In this document: piece by piece, positions 28,780 through 38,500 of the stretch
Layout of the letters: each line of letters begins with the position of its first letter
Position numbering within the stretch: position 1 is the first letter of the stretch
From: Limisphaerales bacterium
Lineage (GTDB): Bacteria; Verrucomicrobiota; Verrucomicrobiia; Limisphaerales; JAJOIW01
Reading direction: 5' to 3'
DNA length: 64,000 nucleotides
NCBI GenBank assembly: GCA_965657355.1
Contig: CBFHOE010000004.1
Span: 38,072 to 102,071 of the forward strand
Notes under the pieces: model-generated
What the model was told of the DNA's origin: nothing
Database searches by the model: none
What the model saw: the letters and a program-made list of their open reading frames with translations, nothing else
Made by a program: the position numbers and the translations under genes

Positions 28780-29592
28780 TTGAAAAAATTCCTTGATCCA
28801 AAGAAGTTAGAAATTACTGGTGACGAGCATCCGGTCGAAGCTCCGCTAGCGGTTCATGATCTTACTGTATCTTACAATAATAAACCTGTCCTATGGGATG
28901 TAGATCTTAATATTCCACCCGGTAAACTGGTGGCTATAGTTGGGCCTAATGGGGCAGGAAAAAGTACTCTACTGAAAGCAGCGATAGACTTAGTCCCTAA
29001 AACTACGGGCGAGGTTCTCGTTTTTGGAAGTCCATATGCCAACAGCAGGGATCGTGTTGGATATGTCCCGCAAAGAGAATCAGTGGATTGGGATTTCCCG
29101 ATCAGTGCCTTGGAGGTTGTTTGTATGGGGCGGTACAAAAAAATTGGCTGGTTTAATAGGGTTACTAGTGAGCACAAAAAGCATGCGCTTGATTGTTTGG
29201 AAAAAGTCGGTATCAAGCAACTGGCTAATAGGCAAATAAGCCAGCTTTCAGGTGGGCAGCAGCAAAGAGTGTTTTTGGCGAGGGCTTTGGCACAAGAAGC
29301 GGATCTTTATTTGATGGACGAACCTTTCAGCGCTGTTGATGCGGCTACTGAGATGGCAATAGTTGAGTTGTTACGCGAGTTAAAACGTACGGGGAAAACA
29401 TGCGTCGTCGTGCATCACGACCTGGCTACTGTCTCACGATACTTTGACTGGCTGATTTTACTGAATATGAGAGTTGTGGCCTCTGGTGCTGTAAATGCCA
29501 CATTTACTCACGAGAATTTACATAAGACATACGGTGGTAAGTTAAATGTCTTAGTCGATGCGGCTGAGGCTCTTAGCAAAGTAGCAAAGTAA
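28780..29592 (+). CDS. troB: Metal ABC transporter ATPase (TroB)
   Basis: GPNGAGKS, YVPQRESVDWDFP, LSGGQQQR and VHHDL. Confidence 0.93.
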   Translation: MKKFLDPKKLEITGDEHPVEAPLAVHDLTVSYNNKPVLWDVDLNIPPGKLVAIVGPNGAGKSTLLKAAIDLVPKTTGEVLVFGSPYANSRDRVGYVPQRESVDWDFPISALEVVCMGRYKKIGWFNRVTSEHKKHALDCLEKVGIKQLANRQISQLSGGQQQRVFLARALAQEADLYLMDEPFSAVDAATEMAIVELLRELKRTGKTCVVVHHDLATVSRYFDWLILLNMRVVASGAVNATFTHENLHKTYGGKLNVLVDAAEALSKVAK

Positions 29593-29602
29593 ATTTCCGA
29601 CG

Positions 29603-31132
29603 ATGAGCATTAAGTCAACGCAGAGCTTCAGATTCTGGAACAAGGTTACGCTGCTTACTCTATTTCTATTTTGCGCCCGTGTATTCGTCACAGAATTGTT
29701 TGGTATTCCGGATGGAGTAGAACTATCAAATAGGACAGAGGCAAAGGAGCAAGGTGACGTGCTCTTAGACCTCCTTTTAGAGACCTTGTTTTTGGCGAAT
29801 TATAATACGCGATTGGTTGTGCTGAGTACTACATTATTAGGCGTTGCTTCTGGACTTGTTGGTTCTTTTCTATTGTTGCGAAAACAATCTCTGATGGGCG
29901 ATGCCTTATCTCATGCTACGTTACCCGGAATCGTTCTTTCATTTTGGGTTTTAGTGACTCTTGGTAAAGACGGTAAATCATTATTACCGCTTTTATTAGG
30001 TGCGGGTATGAGCGGGATGTTGGGGGTTTCTTTGGTTTTGTTAATTCGCAAGACAACCAAGCTCAAGGACGATGCTGCCATGGGGATAATCCTTAGCGTC
30101 TTTTTTGGTTTAGGGGTTTCTCTTATTGGAATGGTGCAATCACTACCTCAGGCAAGCGCTGCTGGATTGGAAAGTTTCATTTTTGGTAAAACAGCCTCAA
30201 TGATTGAAAGTGATTTTTGGATGATCGCCTCCATTTGTCTTATTTCTACGCTTCTATCGGTAACCTGTATTAAAGAACTTACACTTCTTTGTTTTGATGA
30301 AAATTTTGCCTCGGCTTCAGGTTTCAATGTTGTTTGGCTTGACCTGTTGCTTCTCTTATTGGTCGGAGCTATTACAATTGTGGGGCTCCAAGCCGTTGGA
30401 CTTATACTCATCATAGCCTTCCTTATTACACCGCCTGCAGCCGCCCGCTTCTGGACTAATGACTTGAGGCAGATGCTTACAATTTCTGCCTTTTTGGGAG
30501 GGGTGAGTGGGTGGGTGGGCTCGTCTATTTCAGCTCTGCTTCCAAGGTTGCCCGCAGGAGCGGTGATTGTTCTGGTGGCTGCCTTTGTATTTGTATTGAG
30601 CATGCTTTTTGGAAAGACTGGCGGTATTGTTTACCGTTGGCAAAGGCATAGGCGTCTTAGCATCAAAGTCTCCAGGCAACATATCCTCAGAGCCGTCTTT
30701 GAAATTCTCGAAAAAAACCTGGAGAGCGAAAAAAGTATCCTAAGAAATCTGCCCATTAGGATTTCGGATTTACAAAAACATCGGTCATGGAGCCAAAAAG
30801 AACTCCTAAGACAACTTAAATCCGCCCATGGAAATGGTTATGTCGAATTTCCTGAAGATGGGATAGTTTGTCTTTCCGAAGATGGTTTTGGCGAAGCCGC
30901 AAGGGTTACAAGAAATCACCGGCTTTGGGAGCTGTTTCTCATCAGATATGCTGATGTCGCCCCATCACATGTCGACCGGGGTGCCGACTTTGTAGAACAC
31001 GTATTAGGGCCTGAAATAGTCAGAAAATTAGAGGATGAGTTGCGTCAACCAGAAATCGAACCTGTCGTTCCGCCAAGTCCGCATACCATAAGTATCTCCA
31101 GACTTGAGAGTGAAAGAGGGGATAAGAAATGA
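29603..31132 (+). CDS. troC: ABC-3 metal permease (TroC) fused to a C-terminal DtxR-like repressor domain
   Basis: SLMGDALSHATLPG permease motif; C-terminal ...AARVTRNHRLWELFL...ADFVEH DtxR dimerisation motif. Confidence 0.9.
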   Translation: MSIKSTQSFRFWNKVTLLTLFLFCARVFVTELFGIPDGVELSNRTEAKEQGDVLLDLLLETLFLANYNTRLVVLSTTLLGVASGLVGSFLLLRKQSLMGDALSHATLPGIVLSFWVLVTLGKDGKSLLPLLLGAGMSGMLGVSLVLLIRKTTKLKDDAAMGIILSVFFGLGVSLIGMVQSLPQASAAGLESFIFGKTASMIESDFWMIASICLISTLLSVTCIKELTLLCFDENFASASGFNVVWLDLLLLLLVGAITIVGLQAVGLILIIAFLITPPAAARFWTNDLRQMLTISAFLGGVSGWVGSSISALLPRLPAGAVIVLVAAFVFVLSMLFGKTGGIVYRWQRHRRLSIKVSRQHILRAVFEILEKNLESEKSILRNLPIRISDLQKHRSWSQKELLRQLKSAHGNGYVEFPEDGIVCLSEDGFGEAARVTRNHRLWELFLIRYADVAPSHVDRGADFVEHVLGPEIVRKLEDELRQPEIEPVVPPSPHTISISRLESERGDKK

Positions 31133-32079
31133 TAAACGAAATCTTCAATGCTTGGGGCAATTTAGACAATTGGATTGTTGTGGCAGGTATATTGAGTGCT
31201 ATTTGCTGCGCCATTCCAGGTTGCTTTTTATTACTGCGAGGAATGAGTATGATGGGAGATGCGATAAGTCACGCTGTGCTTCCAGGCCTTGCAGTTGCCT
31301 TTTTATTATCCGGGGAAAGAGCAAGCTTAACCATGTTTATAGGTGCGGCAGTAGTCGGGGTTCTTACGGCCCTATTTACCCAATGGATCAGTCGGTTTGG
31401 AAATGTCGATAGAGGGGCGGCAATGGGTATTGTTTTCACCACGTTGTTTGCCCTGGGGCTCTTGATGATAGTCAAAGCTGCTGATCACGTTGATCTAGAT
31501 CCTGGTTGCGTTTTGTATGGTGCTATTGAATTAACGCCTTTGGACACAATACCATTTCTCGGTCAAACGGAAATTCCACGGGCCGTCATCGTCTTGTCAT
31601 TGGTGTTAATCGTGAACGTCTCAGGTTTAGTTTTATTTTACAAGGAGCTGAAACTTTGTTCCTTTGATCCGGGTTTAGCAACTTCAATGGGAATTCCTGC
31701 CAATACAATACATTTTGGTTTGATGACAGTCGTTGCTTTAACGACCGTTGCATGCTTTGAAATCGTAGGGAGTATTATCGTGATTGCGATGCTGGTAGTG
31801 CCAGCAGCCTCTGCTTTTCTCCTGACTAATAGGTTGCTGCCAATGATATTATTTTCTTGTCTCTTTGCCGCTTTGTCGTCTGTTTTTGGACACATAGGAG
31901 CTATAAGTATTCCTAAATTAATCGGTTTTGAGTCGACAATAACGTCTGGGATGATGGCTGTCGCGTCTGGTGCATTATTCCTGGCCACTTGGATTTATAC
32001 ACTCATTAACAGATCATTGAAAACGGGTTCACAAATAACGGAAACAAAGAACGGCTTGAACAAGAAATTAAACAGATGA
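31129..32079 (+). CDS. troD: ABC-3 metal permease (TroD)
   Basis: SMMGDAISHAVLPG, HVDLDPGCVLYG and FDP. Confidence 0.92.
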   Translation: MINEIFNAWGNLDNWIVVAGILSAICCAIPGCFLLLRGMSMMGDAISHAVLPGLAVAFLLSGERASLTMFIGAAVVGVLTALFTQWISRFGNVDRGAAMGIVFTTLFALGLLMIVKAADHVDLDPGCVLYGAIELTPLDTIPFLGQTEIPRAVIVLSLVLIVNVSGLVLFYKELKLCSFDPGLATSMGIPANTIHFGLMTVVALTTVACFEIVGSIIVIAMLVVPAASAFLLTNRLLPMILFSCLFAALSSVFGHIGAISIPKLIGFESTITSGMMAVASGALFLATWIYTLINRSLKTGSQITETKNGLNKKLNR

Positions 32080-32858
32080 CTAAAAAAACCAGTAAAATTA
32101 TTTCCTGGAACGTAAATGGAATCCGAGCAGCTTTGGGCAAAGGTCTTGATTCCTACTTTTTGAAGCAAAAACCTGATTTTCTATGCCTGCAGGAAGTAAA
32201 AGCTCTCGAGGAACAAGTGGACCATTCTGTTTGGCCTAACGGCTATCAATGGTTTTGGAACCCAGCAAAAAGAAAAGGTTACTCGGGAGTGGCGACCTTT
32301 TCTCAACAGAAACCAATTAATGTCATAAAAGGCATTGGCATTGAGGAGCATGATCAGGAAGGGCGGGTGATTACCCTTGAGCTAGATGGCTATTACCTTG
32401 TGAATGTCTACACTCCTAATTCTCAAAACGAGCTTGCCCGTCTAGATTATCGAGTCAATAGCTGGGATGTTGCCTTCAAAGACTTTTTATCGAGCCTGTC
32501 GTCACATAAGCCCGTTGTGTTTTGCGGTGACCTAAACGTTGCTCATGAGGAAATTGATCTAGCCAACCCAAAATCAAACAAAAGAAACGCAGGATTTACG
32601 GATGAAGAAAGGCAGAGTTTTACGAAGCTTATGGATTCCGGATTTACCGATAGCTTCCGGTTTTTTAATAAAGAGGGAGGACATTATACGTGGTGGTCTT
32701 ATCGGGGGCAGGCTCGGACAAAAAATGTTGGGTGGAGGTTAGATTACTTTTGTGTCTCTGACACAATTAAACAAAGCCTGGTAAAATCCACAATCCAACC
32801 TGATGTTATGGGCTCCGACCATTGCCCAATAAAATTGGAATTAAAGAATCCAGTATGA
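32076..32858 (+). CDS. xth: Exodeoxyribonuclease III (AP endonuclease)
   Basis: SWNVNG, LQEVK, GDLNVAH, GWRLDY and SDHCP. Confidence 0.97.
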   Translation: MTKKTSKIISWNVNGIRAALGKGLDSYFLKQKPDFLCLQEVKALEEQVDHSVWPNGYQWFWNPAKRKGYSGVATFSQQKPINVIKGIGIEEHDQEGRVITLELDGYYLVNVYTPNSQNELARLDYRVNSWDVAFKDFLSSLSSHKPVVFCGDLNVAHEEIDLANPKSNKRNAGFTDEERQSFTKLMDSGFTDSFRFFNKEGGHYTWWSYRGQARTKNVGWRLDYFCVSDTIKQSLVKSTIQPDVMGSDHCPIKLELKNPV

Positions 32859-33664
32859 ATCAAATCTTAAATTTGAGACTTTTTATAAATATATTTATTG
32901 TTTCGGTTTCACTATTTTTAGCGATTCTTGCCAGTGCTGCCGAAGTGCAGAATTATGAATATAAAATCACAGGAAAGCTTCCCATGCCAAAAGACGCTTT
33001 TACGCAGGGGCTTACAGTGGATGGAGACAATTTGTGGCTTAGTACGGGAAAGTATGGGAAATCTAAAATATACCAACTAGATCTGAAATCCGGGAAAATC
33101 ATCCGCTCTAAAAAATTAAATTCTAATTTTTTCGGTGAAGGGGTTACACAAACCGGTGACGAGGTCATTCAGCTAACGTGGAAATCAGGCTTGGCTTTGG
33201 TTTATAATAAAGAGACGCTAAAAATAATTGATTATTTTAGTCTGCCAGGAGAGGGGTGGGGTATTACAACTCATGGCTCTGACCACTTTATCAGTGGCGG
33301 TTTGAATAAAATTCTCGTTCTCGATACTAAAACTAAAAAGGTCACATCGTCTTTTGATGTCAAACACGGAGCAATTCCTGTTGGCAACCTCAATGAACTT
33401 GAATTTATTAATGGTTTTATATTCGCGAATATCTGGACCACTGATGTAGTGGTTGGCATTGATCCCAAAACAGGAAAAGTTGTGGGTTACTTTGACTTTA
33501 AAAAATTGATCAAACAGGAAGAATCCATCAATCCAGGGCATGGCGTGTTGAATGGAATAGCGTGGAATTCTCAAACCCAGGAATTGCTCATAACGGGAAA
33601 AAATTTCAAAAATATATATAAAGTTGTTGTCAGCCAAGGGCCGCTTTCCAAAAACAAAAAATAA
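32855..33664 (+). CDS. Glutaminyl-peptide cyclotransferase (type I, beta-propeller)
   Basis: Signal peptide, FTQGL, FGEG, QLTW, EGWG, LNELE, VLNGIA and TGK. ATGA overlap with the xth stop. Confidence 0.95.
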   Translation: MNQILNLRLFINIFIVSVSLFLAILASAAEVQNYEYKITGKLPMPKDAFTQGLTVDGDNLWLSTGKYGKSKIYQLDLKSGKIIRSKKLNSNFFGEGVTQTGDEVIQLTWKSGLALVYNKETLKIIDYFSLPGEGWGITTHGSDHFISGGLNKILVLDTKTKKVTSSFDVKHGAIPVGNLNELEFINGFIFANIWTTDVVVGIDPKTGKVVGYFDFKKLIKQEESINPGHGVLNGIAWNSQTQELLITGKNFKNIYKVVVSQGPLSKNKK

Positions 33665-33688
33665 ACGCCTGGCATGACCAAGCGTTTT
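33663..33688. terminator. Candidate bidirectional terminator
   Basis: AAACGC-C-TGG-catga-CCA-A-GCGTTTT between convergent genes. Confidence 0.5.
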
Positions 33689-33725
33689 AAATCTACTTCA
33701 GTAAGTTGTATAGTTTTTTTAATTT

Positions 33726-34274
33726 CTACAATAGCTTTTCTATATCAGAGATGAGGTTATTGGAATTTGGTCTTACACCTGATTTGTATCTTTTGGCGAG
33801 CTTACCTGTTTTATCCACTAAGACTTTGTTGAAATTCCATGATATTTCGCCAGGCATTGGTGATGGTTTTTCTGTGATAGCTTTGTAGAGTGGGTGCTTT
33901 TCTTTACCTTTTACTTTGATTTTGGACATCATTGGAAAGGTTACATCATATTTTGACTTACAAAATGTCAAGATTTCCAAATCAGTTCCCGGCTCTTGGC
34001 GTCCGAAGTCGTTACTCGGAAATCCAATTACAACTAAACCTTTGTCTTTGTATTTGGAATACAAGGCCTGGAGCCCCTCGTATTGCGAAGTATATCCGCA
34101 TTTGGATGCCACATTGACCATCAAGATGACCTTGCCTTCATATTTTTTTAAAGAAGTTTTTTTCCCTTTAATATCGTTAAATGGGATATTGTAGAGAGAT
34201 TCATTCGCCGTAGTGTTTGACATCATCATTCCAGCTATTGCTGCCACGAAAAGGAGTATTTTCATAGACCTCAA
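33726..34274 (-). CDS. Cys-type glutathione peroxidase, exported
   Basis: NVASKCG, GFPSNDFGRQEPG and WNF.K; N-terminal signal peptide. Start may be 34265. Confidence 0.95.
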   Translation of the reverse strand: MRSMKILLFVAAIAGMMMSNTTANESLYNIPFNDIKGKKTSLKKYEGKVILMVNVASKCGYTSQYEGLQALYSKYKDKGLVVIGFPSNDFGRQEPGTDLEILTFCKSKYDVTFPMMSKIKVKGKEKHPLYKAITEKPSPMPGEISWNFNKVLVDKTGKLAKRYKSGVRPNSNNLISDIEKLL

Positions 34275-34314
34275 TGTGCCTCTTGTTGCTTTTTTGTCAA
34301 AGTACTTTCGATAA

Positions 34315-36987
34315 TTAATTCAGGGACTTAATGAAATCCACGAGAGCCTGTATTTGTGTGTTATTCAAAACACCTTTGTAGGATGGCATTCCTATGTCAG
34401 AACTGGAATATTCTCTCAATACTTTCGCACTCGGATTAACGATGGATTCTTTCAAGTAATCCTCGTCTGCCGCTATTACTGTCCCGTTTTTTAATATTCT
34501 ATTGGCGTTTACCAAAGCCTTTAAAGTTGGTCCAGACCTCCCAACTGTCGTTCCATCAACTGAATGGCAGGCTTGGCATCCCATTTTTTCATAGAGTGAC
34601 CTTCCTGTCTCCTTTCTGACAACGGTAGAATTAGAATGGCTTGGTTTTCCTAGACCCTTATCCTTAGAAAAGGTTGAAAAATCAAAAGAATCTAAAGGGA
34701 AATAATCAGGGGAATGGATAGTAAAAACCACGGACCGCTCTACTTTTTCTTTGTTTGCAGTGGTAAGTTTATAGTTGAGCTGAACTTGATCGCTTTTGTG
34801 TATAGGACTCGTTTCCACAAAAATGGATTTTTTGTCACCTGACAACAAAATTCTTTTGGGAATAATCTTATCCACTCCGGCCTCTCCTGAATTTCTGAAG
34901 TAACCGGAGCCATACTCACTCGTTCTCTTGTAATTCCATTTTTTTATAGATATTTCAGTGAGGGAAATGGACTCTACGCTATGGCTGAAAGAAAGTAAAA
35001 AGCCATCCCTATGTGATCGAGCGTTTATGGGAATAGAATTTGGAAACGTATTGAATGAGATTCTATTCAAACTACCCCAAGTTTCAGATCGAGATCCCCA
35101 AATTTTAAATCCAGCTAGCCAAATTGATCCATCGCTCGGGTGCACGGCTCCTTTGAGGATCGGGCCTCGAATTCCAACCTGTAATTCACAAAAAGCAGCC
35201 TGAGTTGGCTGGGTTTGATCGTTCAGATAAATCACGGCCAGCTTCGATGAATAATAATCTAAACATAGAGTCAATCCGGCCAAAGGGTTCATAGAGTTTT
35301 TGGGGATATATATCTGGCCAGCACCGCTCTGTATATACCTGTGTGGCATCCAGAGTATGGGCTCCTGAGTCGGTGACATTTCGTGGACCCGATCGAGCTC
35401 TGTCCTAAAACCATAAAATCCGCCCTCTTTTATTATATGGAATGGAGTACTCGGTATCCAATTGCCCTGCTGATCAGTTGCTGTGACCCAATCTGCATCA
35501 ATATTATATCCCAGGTAGGCTTGCCTAAGTCCACGAGCGAATATCACTGGAGGTTTATTGCGGGAAGATGCCTTGAGAATTGTGCCATTTAAAAACCCGC
35601 TCGTGCCTCCTCTCTGTCCGCCTTTTGCCAAATAGAAATTTCCATTCTTATCGACCACCGCGTCCATTGCAAATTCCCGGGTTTCTGTTGATTGTGCAAA
35701 CTGGTTGTTGAAATTTTTATAATCTATGATTTTGTTCTGAGTTTTATCTATCACCATCTCTATCAATCCGTTCCTGGTAAAAGAAAATAACTTCCCATCA
35801 TAAAACAAAATGGATTGCGGTTCGTGTAAACCGTCACCTATTTTTTCCCAAGTTAATTCTTCTCTGGTATGACATCCTGTAATTCTCCAAATGTCCCCGT
35901 CAAAAGTGCATAGAATGATTGTGTCAAAATCGACGAAGGTAAATCCACTAGGCCGGATGTCTCTAACATACTTATTTGTTTCCGGGATTTGTATTTCAGT
36001 AACATGAAGATCTTTGGGGTTTTTTATATCTATTTCGTTAGATTGGTAGAGAGTATCTCTATTTATTTCAGGCTCCTTTTTGGAGAGATTTTCTAAAAAA
36101 GCTTTGGCTTTATCTAAATCATCTGAGCCAGATTTTTTTCCTTTATTGTGGTTATGCTTAATAAGTATCTCCACTTCTTTTGCCCCGCTTGGGATGAAAA
36201 TCTGAAGGATATTTTGTCCATTAATTATCCACTGGACATCAGATATGTTGGATTCAAATTCAAACGGGAGTTTTTCAACCTGGATTTTTTTACTTAATTG
36301 GGTGACAGATAAAAATAACGGTGTTTGAGTGCGGTCTATTTGAATGAAACGTCCCCAGCCTTTTCCTATCGGTATTGGTGATTCTACAACATTAGCGCCA
36401 TACGCCTTATAGCTGATTGAGACTCTTTTGCCTGCTCTTGATAATTTTTCCCACCTTCCCATCTCTGAAGGAATCGGACCGACTCCAGGTTCATTGATGT
36501 CATTTGTCTTTTGTCTTGGATCTTCAATGAACTTCTCTGATTGGTTGAATCCAGGATAAATTCCCAATGCCGTGATCAGTTTACCCTTGGATTTTGTTAA
36601 GCCTTTTTGTCCGCCCGGTGTTTTACGTCCTTTATTCTCATAGGATAGGGGAGCCATTGCTGTCATTTCTAAACCCGGAGCATCATCTTTGATTGATGCC
36701 CAGCTATGACTCCAACGAAGTAAATCCAGGTCAAAACAGGCATTGACGCCATTACTCATCGGAAATACGACCCCTCGTACGGCAATGTTGTTTTCCGCCG
36801 ATGCAACTTCTCGGTTCGTATGATGACGTCCGTCCACTGTCATAGTAAATGATGGTTCTCCTTTTATTAACCAGCTTGTTGAGCCAGCACCTAAATTCTC
36901 TGTGAGAAGAAAACTCATCAGAACCAAGGCTGCCTGTGCGCGTGTGTGTATGTGTGTCTTTTTGGATTTTTCTCGATAAGCTGTCAT
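34315..36987 (-). CDS. PVC-type secreted beta-propeller protein with C-terminal c-type cytochrome (DUF6797-like N-terminus)
   Basis: FDLDLLRW, TDQQGNW.P propeller motif, WNYKRTSEYGS and CQACH...MP. Confidence 0.75.
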   Translation of the reverse strand: MTAYREKSKKTHIHTRAQAALVLMSFLLTENLGAGSTSWLIKGEPSFTMTVDGRHHTNREVASAENNIAVRGVVFPMSNGVNACFDLDLLRWSHSWASIKDDAPGLEMTAMAPLSYENKGRKTPGGQKGLTKSKGKLITALGIYPGFNQSEKFIEDPRQKTNDINEPGVGPIPSEMGRWEKLSRAGKRVSISYKAYGANVVESPIPIGKGWGRFIQIDRTQTPLFLSVTQLSKKIQVEKLPFEFESNISDVQWIINGQNILQIFIPSGAKEVEILIKHNHNKGKKSGSDDLDKAKAFLENLSKKEPEINRDTLYQSNEIDIKNPKDLHVTEIQIPETNKYVRDIRPSGFTFVDFDTIILCTFDGDIWRITGCHTREELTWEKIGDGLHEPQSILFYDGKLFSFTRNGLIEMVIDKTQNKIIDYKNFNNQFAQSTETREFAMDAVVDKNGNFYLAKGGQRGGTSGFLNGTILKASSRNKPPVIFARGLRQAYLGYNIDADWVTATDQQGNWIPSTPFHIIKEGGFYGFRTELDRVHEMSPTQEPILWMPHRYIQSGAGQIYIPKNSMNPLAGLTLCLDYYSSKLAVIYLNDQTQPTQAAFCELQVGIRGPILKGAVHPSDGSIWLAGFKIWGSRSETWGSLNRISFNTFPNSIPINARSHRDGFLLSFSHSVESISLTEISIKKWNYKRTSEYGSGYFRNSGEAGVDKIIPKRILLSGDKKSIFVETSPIHKSDQVQLNYKLTTANKEKVERSVVFTIHSPDYFPLDSFDFSTFSKDKGLGKPSHSNSTVVRKETGRSLYEKMGCQACHSVDGTTVGRSGPTLKALVNANRILKNGTVIAADEDYLKESIVNPSAKVLREYSSSDIGMPSYKGVLNNTQIQALVDFIKSLN

Positions 36988-37159
36988 TTGATATGCTTTG
37001 GAGGTGATTTAGATCATTATACGAGATAATTAAACTTTAGCTCCCGAAATCTAATACTTTCAATACCACGTCAACGATGTATGATTGGAAGACGTCATGA
37101 GGATCAGCAGTCATTCTGACACTTTTAGCTGGCATCGCCATTTTTAATGAAACAGAGCT

Positions 37160-38467
37160 ATGAAATATTCGAAAATTTTTAAATCAATATCGCTGAGTTT
37201 AATTGCGGCTATTTTATGTTTTTCCGCAGATGATGCAAGCGGCCAAGATACTGAGACGGGCATCGACTACCCGCTCGCTCAAGGAATCGTAAAGGGCGAT
37301 AATTTAAATGTGAGAGGCCGTCCATCTTTCGCTGGGATACCTATGGGGAAACTTAAAAAGGGTGAAAAGGTTGAGATTTATGAAGTCTACAATCGGATTA
37401 TGGCCAAAGAGGGCGAGCCCAGCAAATGGCTTAAGATAAAGTTACCAAGTCAAATTCCAGTCTGGATTAGCAAAAATTATTTTGAGTCTGAAACGAATCA
37501 AATTACAGCTGATGAGTTAAATTTCAGAAGCGGTCCGGGATTTGAATACGGTATTTTGGGGACACTATCCAAAGGAGATAAGGTTAGCCCATTAGAGATC
37601 AGCGGCGATTGGGTTAAATTGAGAGGCCCTGAAAATGGAAGGGCTTTTGTTGCTGCTGACTACGTTGAGTTCACTTTGAAAGGAGACAGCGCCACCGATA
37701 ATATCTCTGAGCTCAGTCAATCCGTTACAGGCGCCGCGACTGATGCGAAGACTTTACATGAAGGGTCTAGTTCGATCAATGAGCCCTCTGCTGTTATTAT
37801 CGAAAACACCATAAAAGTTGTCGCTTCGAAAGAGCCCTCTGCAGACCAATCAGACCAATCAGGTGAAGGAGGTGCCTCTGATACCGAAGTATTAAATATA
37901 GCTGAAGGTGAATCCGAGGACATTAATATCACAGATGTAGTTTCGATTCCACAGACTCCTGCCGAAGTCGAGGTATCTGAAAACGAATTGGATATTATTT
38001 CGGTGGAACCAGCAAGTCCTAGCCTTCTCCTAGACGACGATATTAGCAAGGACCGAAGCGCTCAAATAAGCTCCATTACAAAAACCGAATATTCAGACAA
38101 TAAAAGTGAAGCGGGCTCGTCTTTGCCAGAAAAAGCTTCTGCGAAAAAGCTTAACACAACAGCCACTGAAGCTATCAAACCAGCATCTCCAAACTATTTT
38201 GAAGCATACAATTTGAATAATGCCCGTTCTGTAATACGAGAGGGGCTAGTCAAAGGAACCTTGAGTGCGAGAGCCCCCACAGCGCAAGCCCTTGTAAGCT
38301 CAAGAAATAAAAGAGTTATGAATTTTCTTTGGGCGCCAAAATATCAAAAAGGCCTTAGAAAGCTGATCGGTCGTAGAGTTATCATTCAAGGTCGAGAGAT
38401 TCTTGATCGTCGTTGGCCAAAGACGCCTGTTTTATACATAGAAAAGATCCGCCTATATCCCAACTAA
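37160..38467 (+). CDS. Secreted protein with two bacterial SH3 domains, an acidic linker and a basic C-terminal domain
   Basis: LNVRGRPS...WLKI and LNFRSGPG...WVKL SH3b repeats; signal peptide. Confidence 0.85.
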   Translation: MKYSKIFKSISLSLIAAILCFSADDASGQDTETGIDYPLAQGIVKGDNLNVRGRPSFAGIPMGKLKKGEKVEIYEVYNRIMAKEGEPSKWLKIKLPSQIPVWISKNYFESETNQITADELNFRSGPGFEYGILGTLSKGDKVSPLEISGDWVKLRGPENGRAFVAADYVEFTLKGDSATDNISELSQSVTGAATDAKTLHEGSSSINEPSAVIIENTIKVVASKEPSADQSDQSGEGGASDTEVLNIAEGESEDINITDVVSIPQTPAEVEVSENELDIISVEPASPSLLLDDDISKDRSAQISSITKTEYSDNKSEAGSSLPEKASAKKLNTTATEAIKPASPNYFEAYNLNNARSVIREGLVKGTLSARAPTAQALVSSRNKRVMNFLWAPKYQKGLRKLIGRRVIIQGREILDRRWPKTPVLYIEKIRLYPN

Positions 38468-38500
38468 TATTCGGAATACGAATTATTGATTTCCATTGCT

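Noticed and set aside
33726..34274. Selenocysteine in the Gpx (or in the redoxin at 50285-50878)
   Set aside because: Both active sites use ordinary Cys codons in uninterrupted ORFs.
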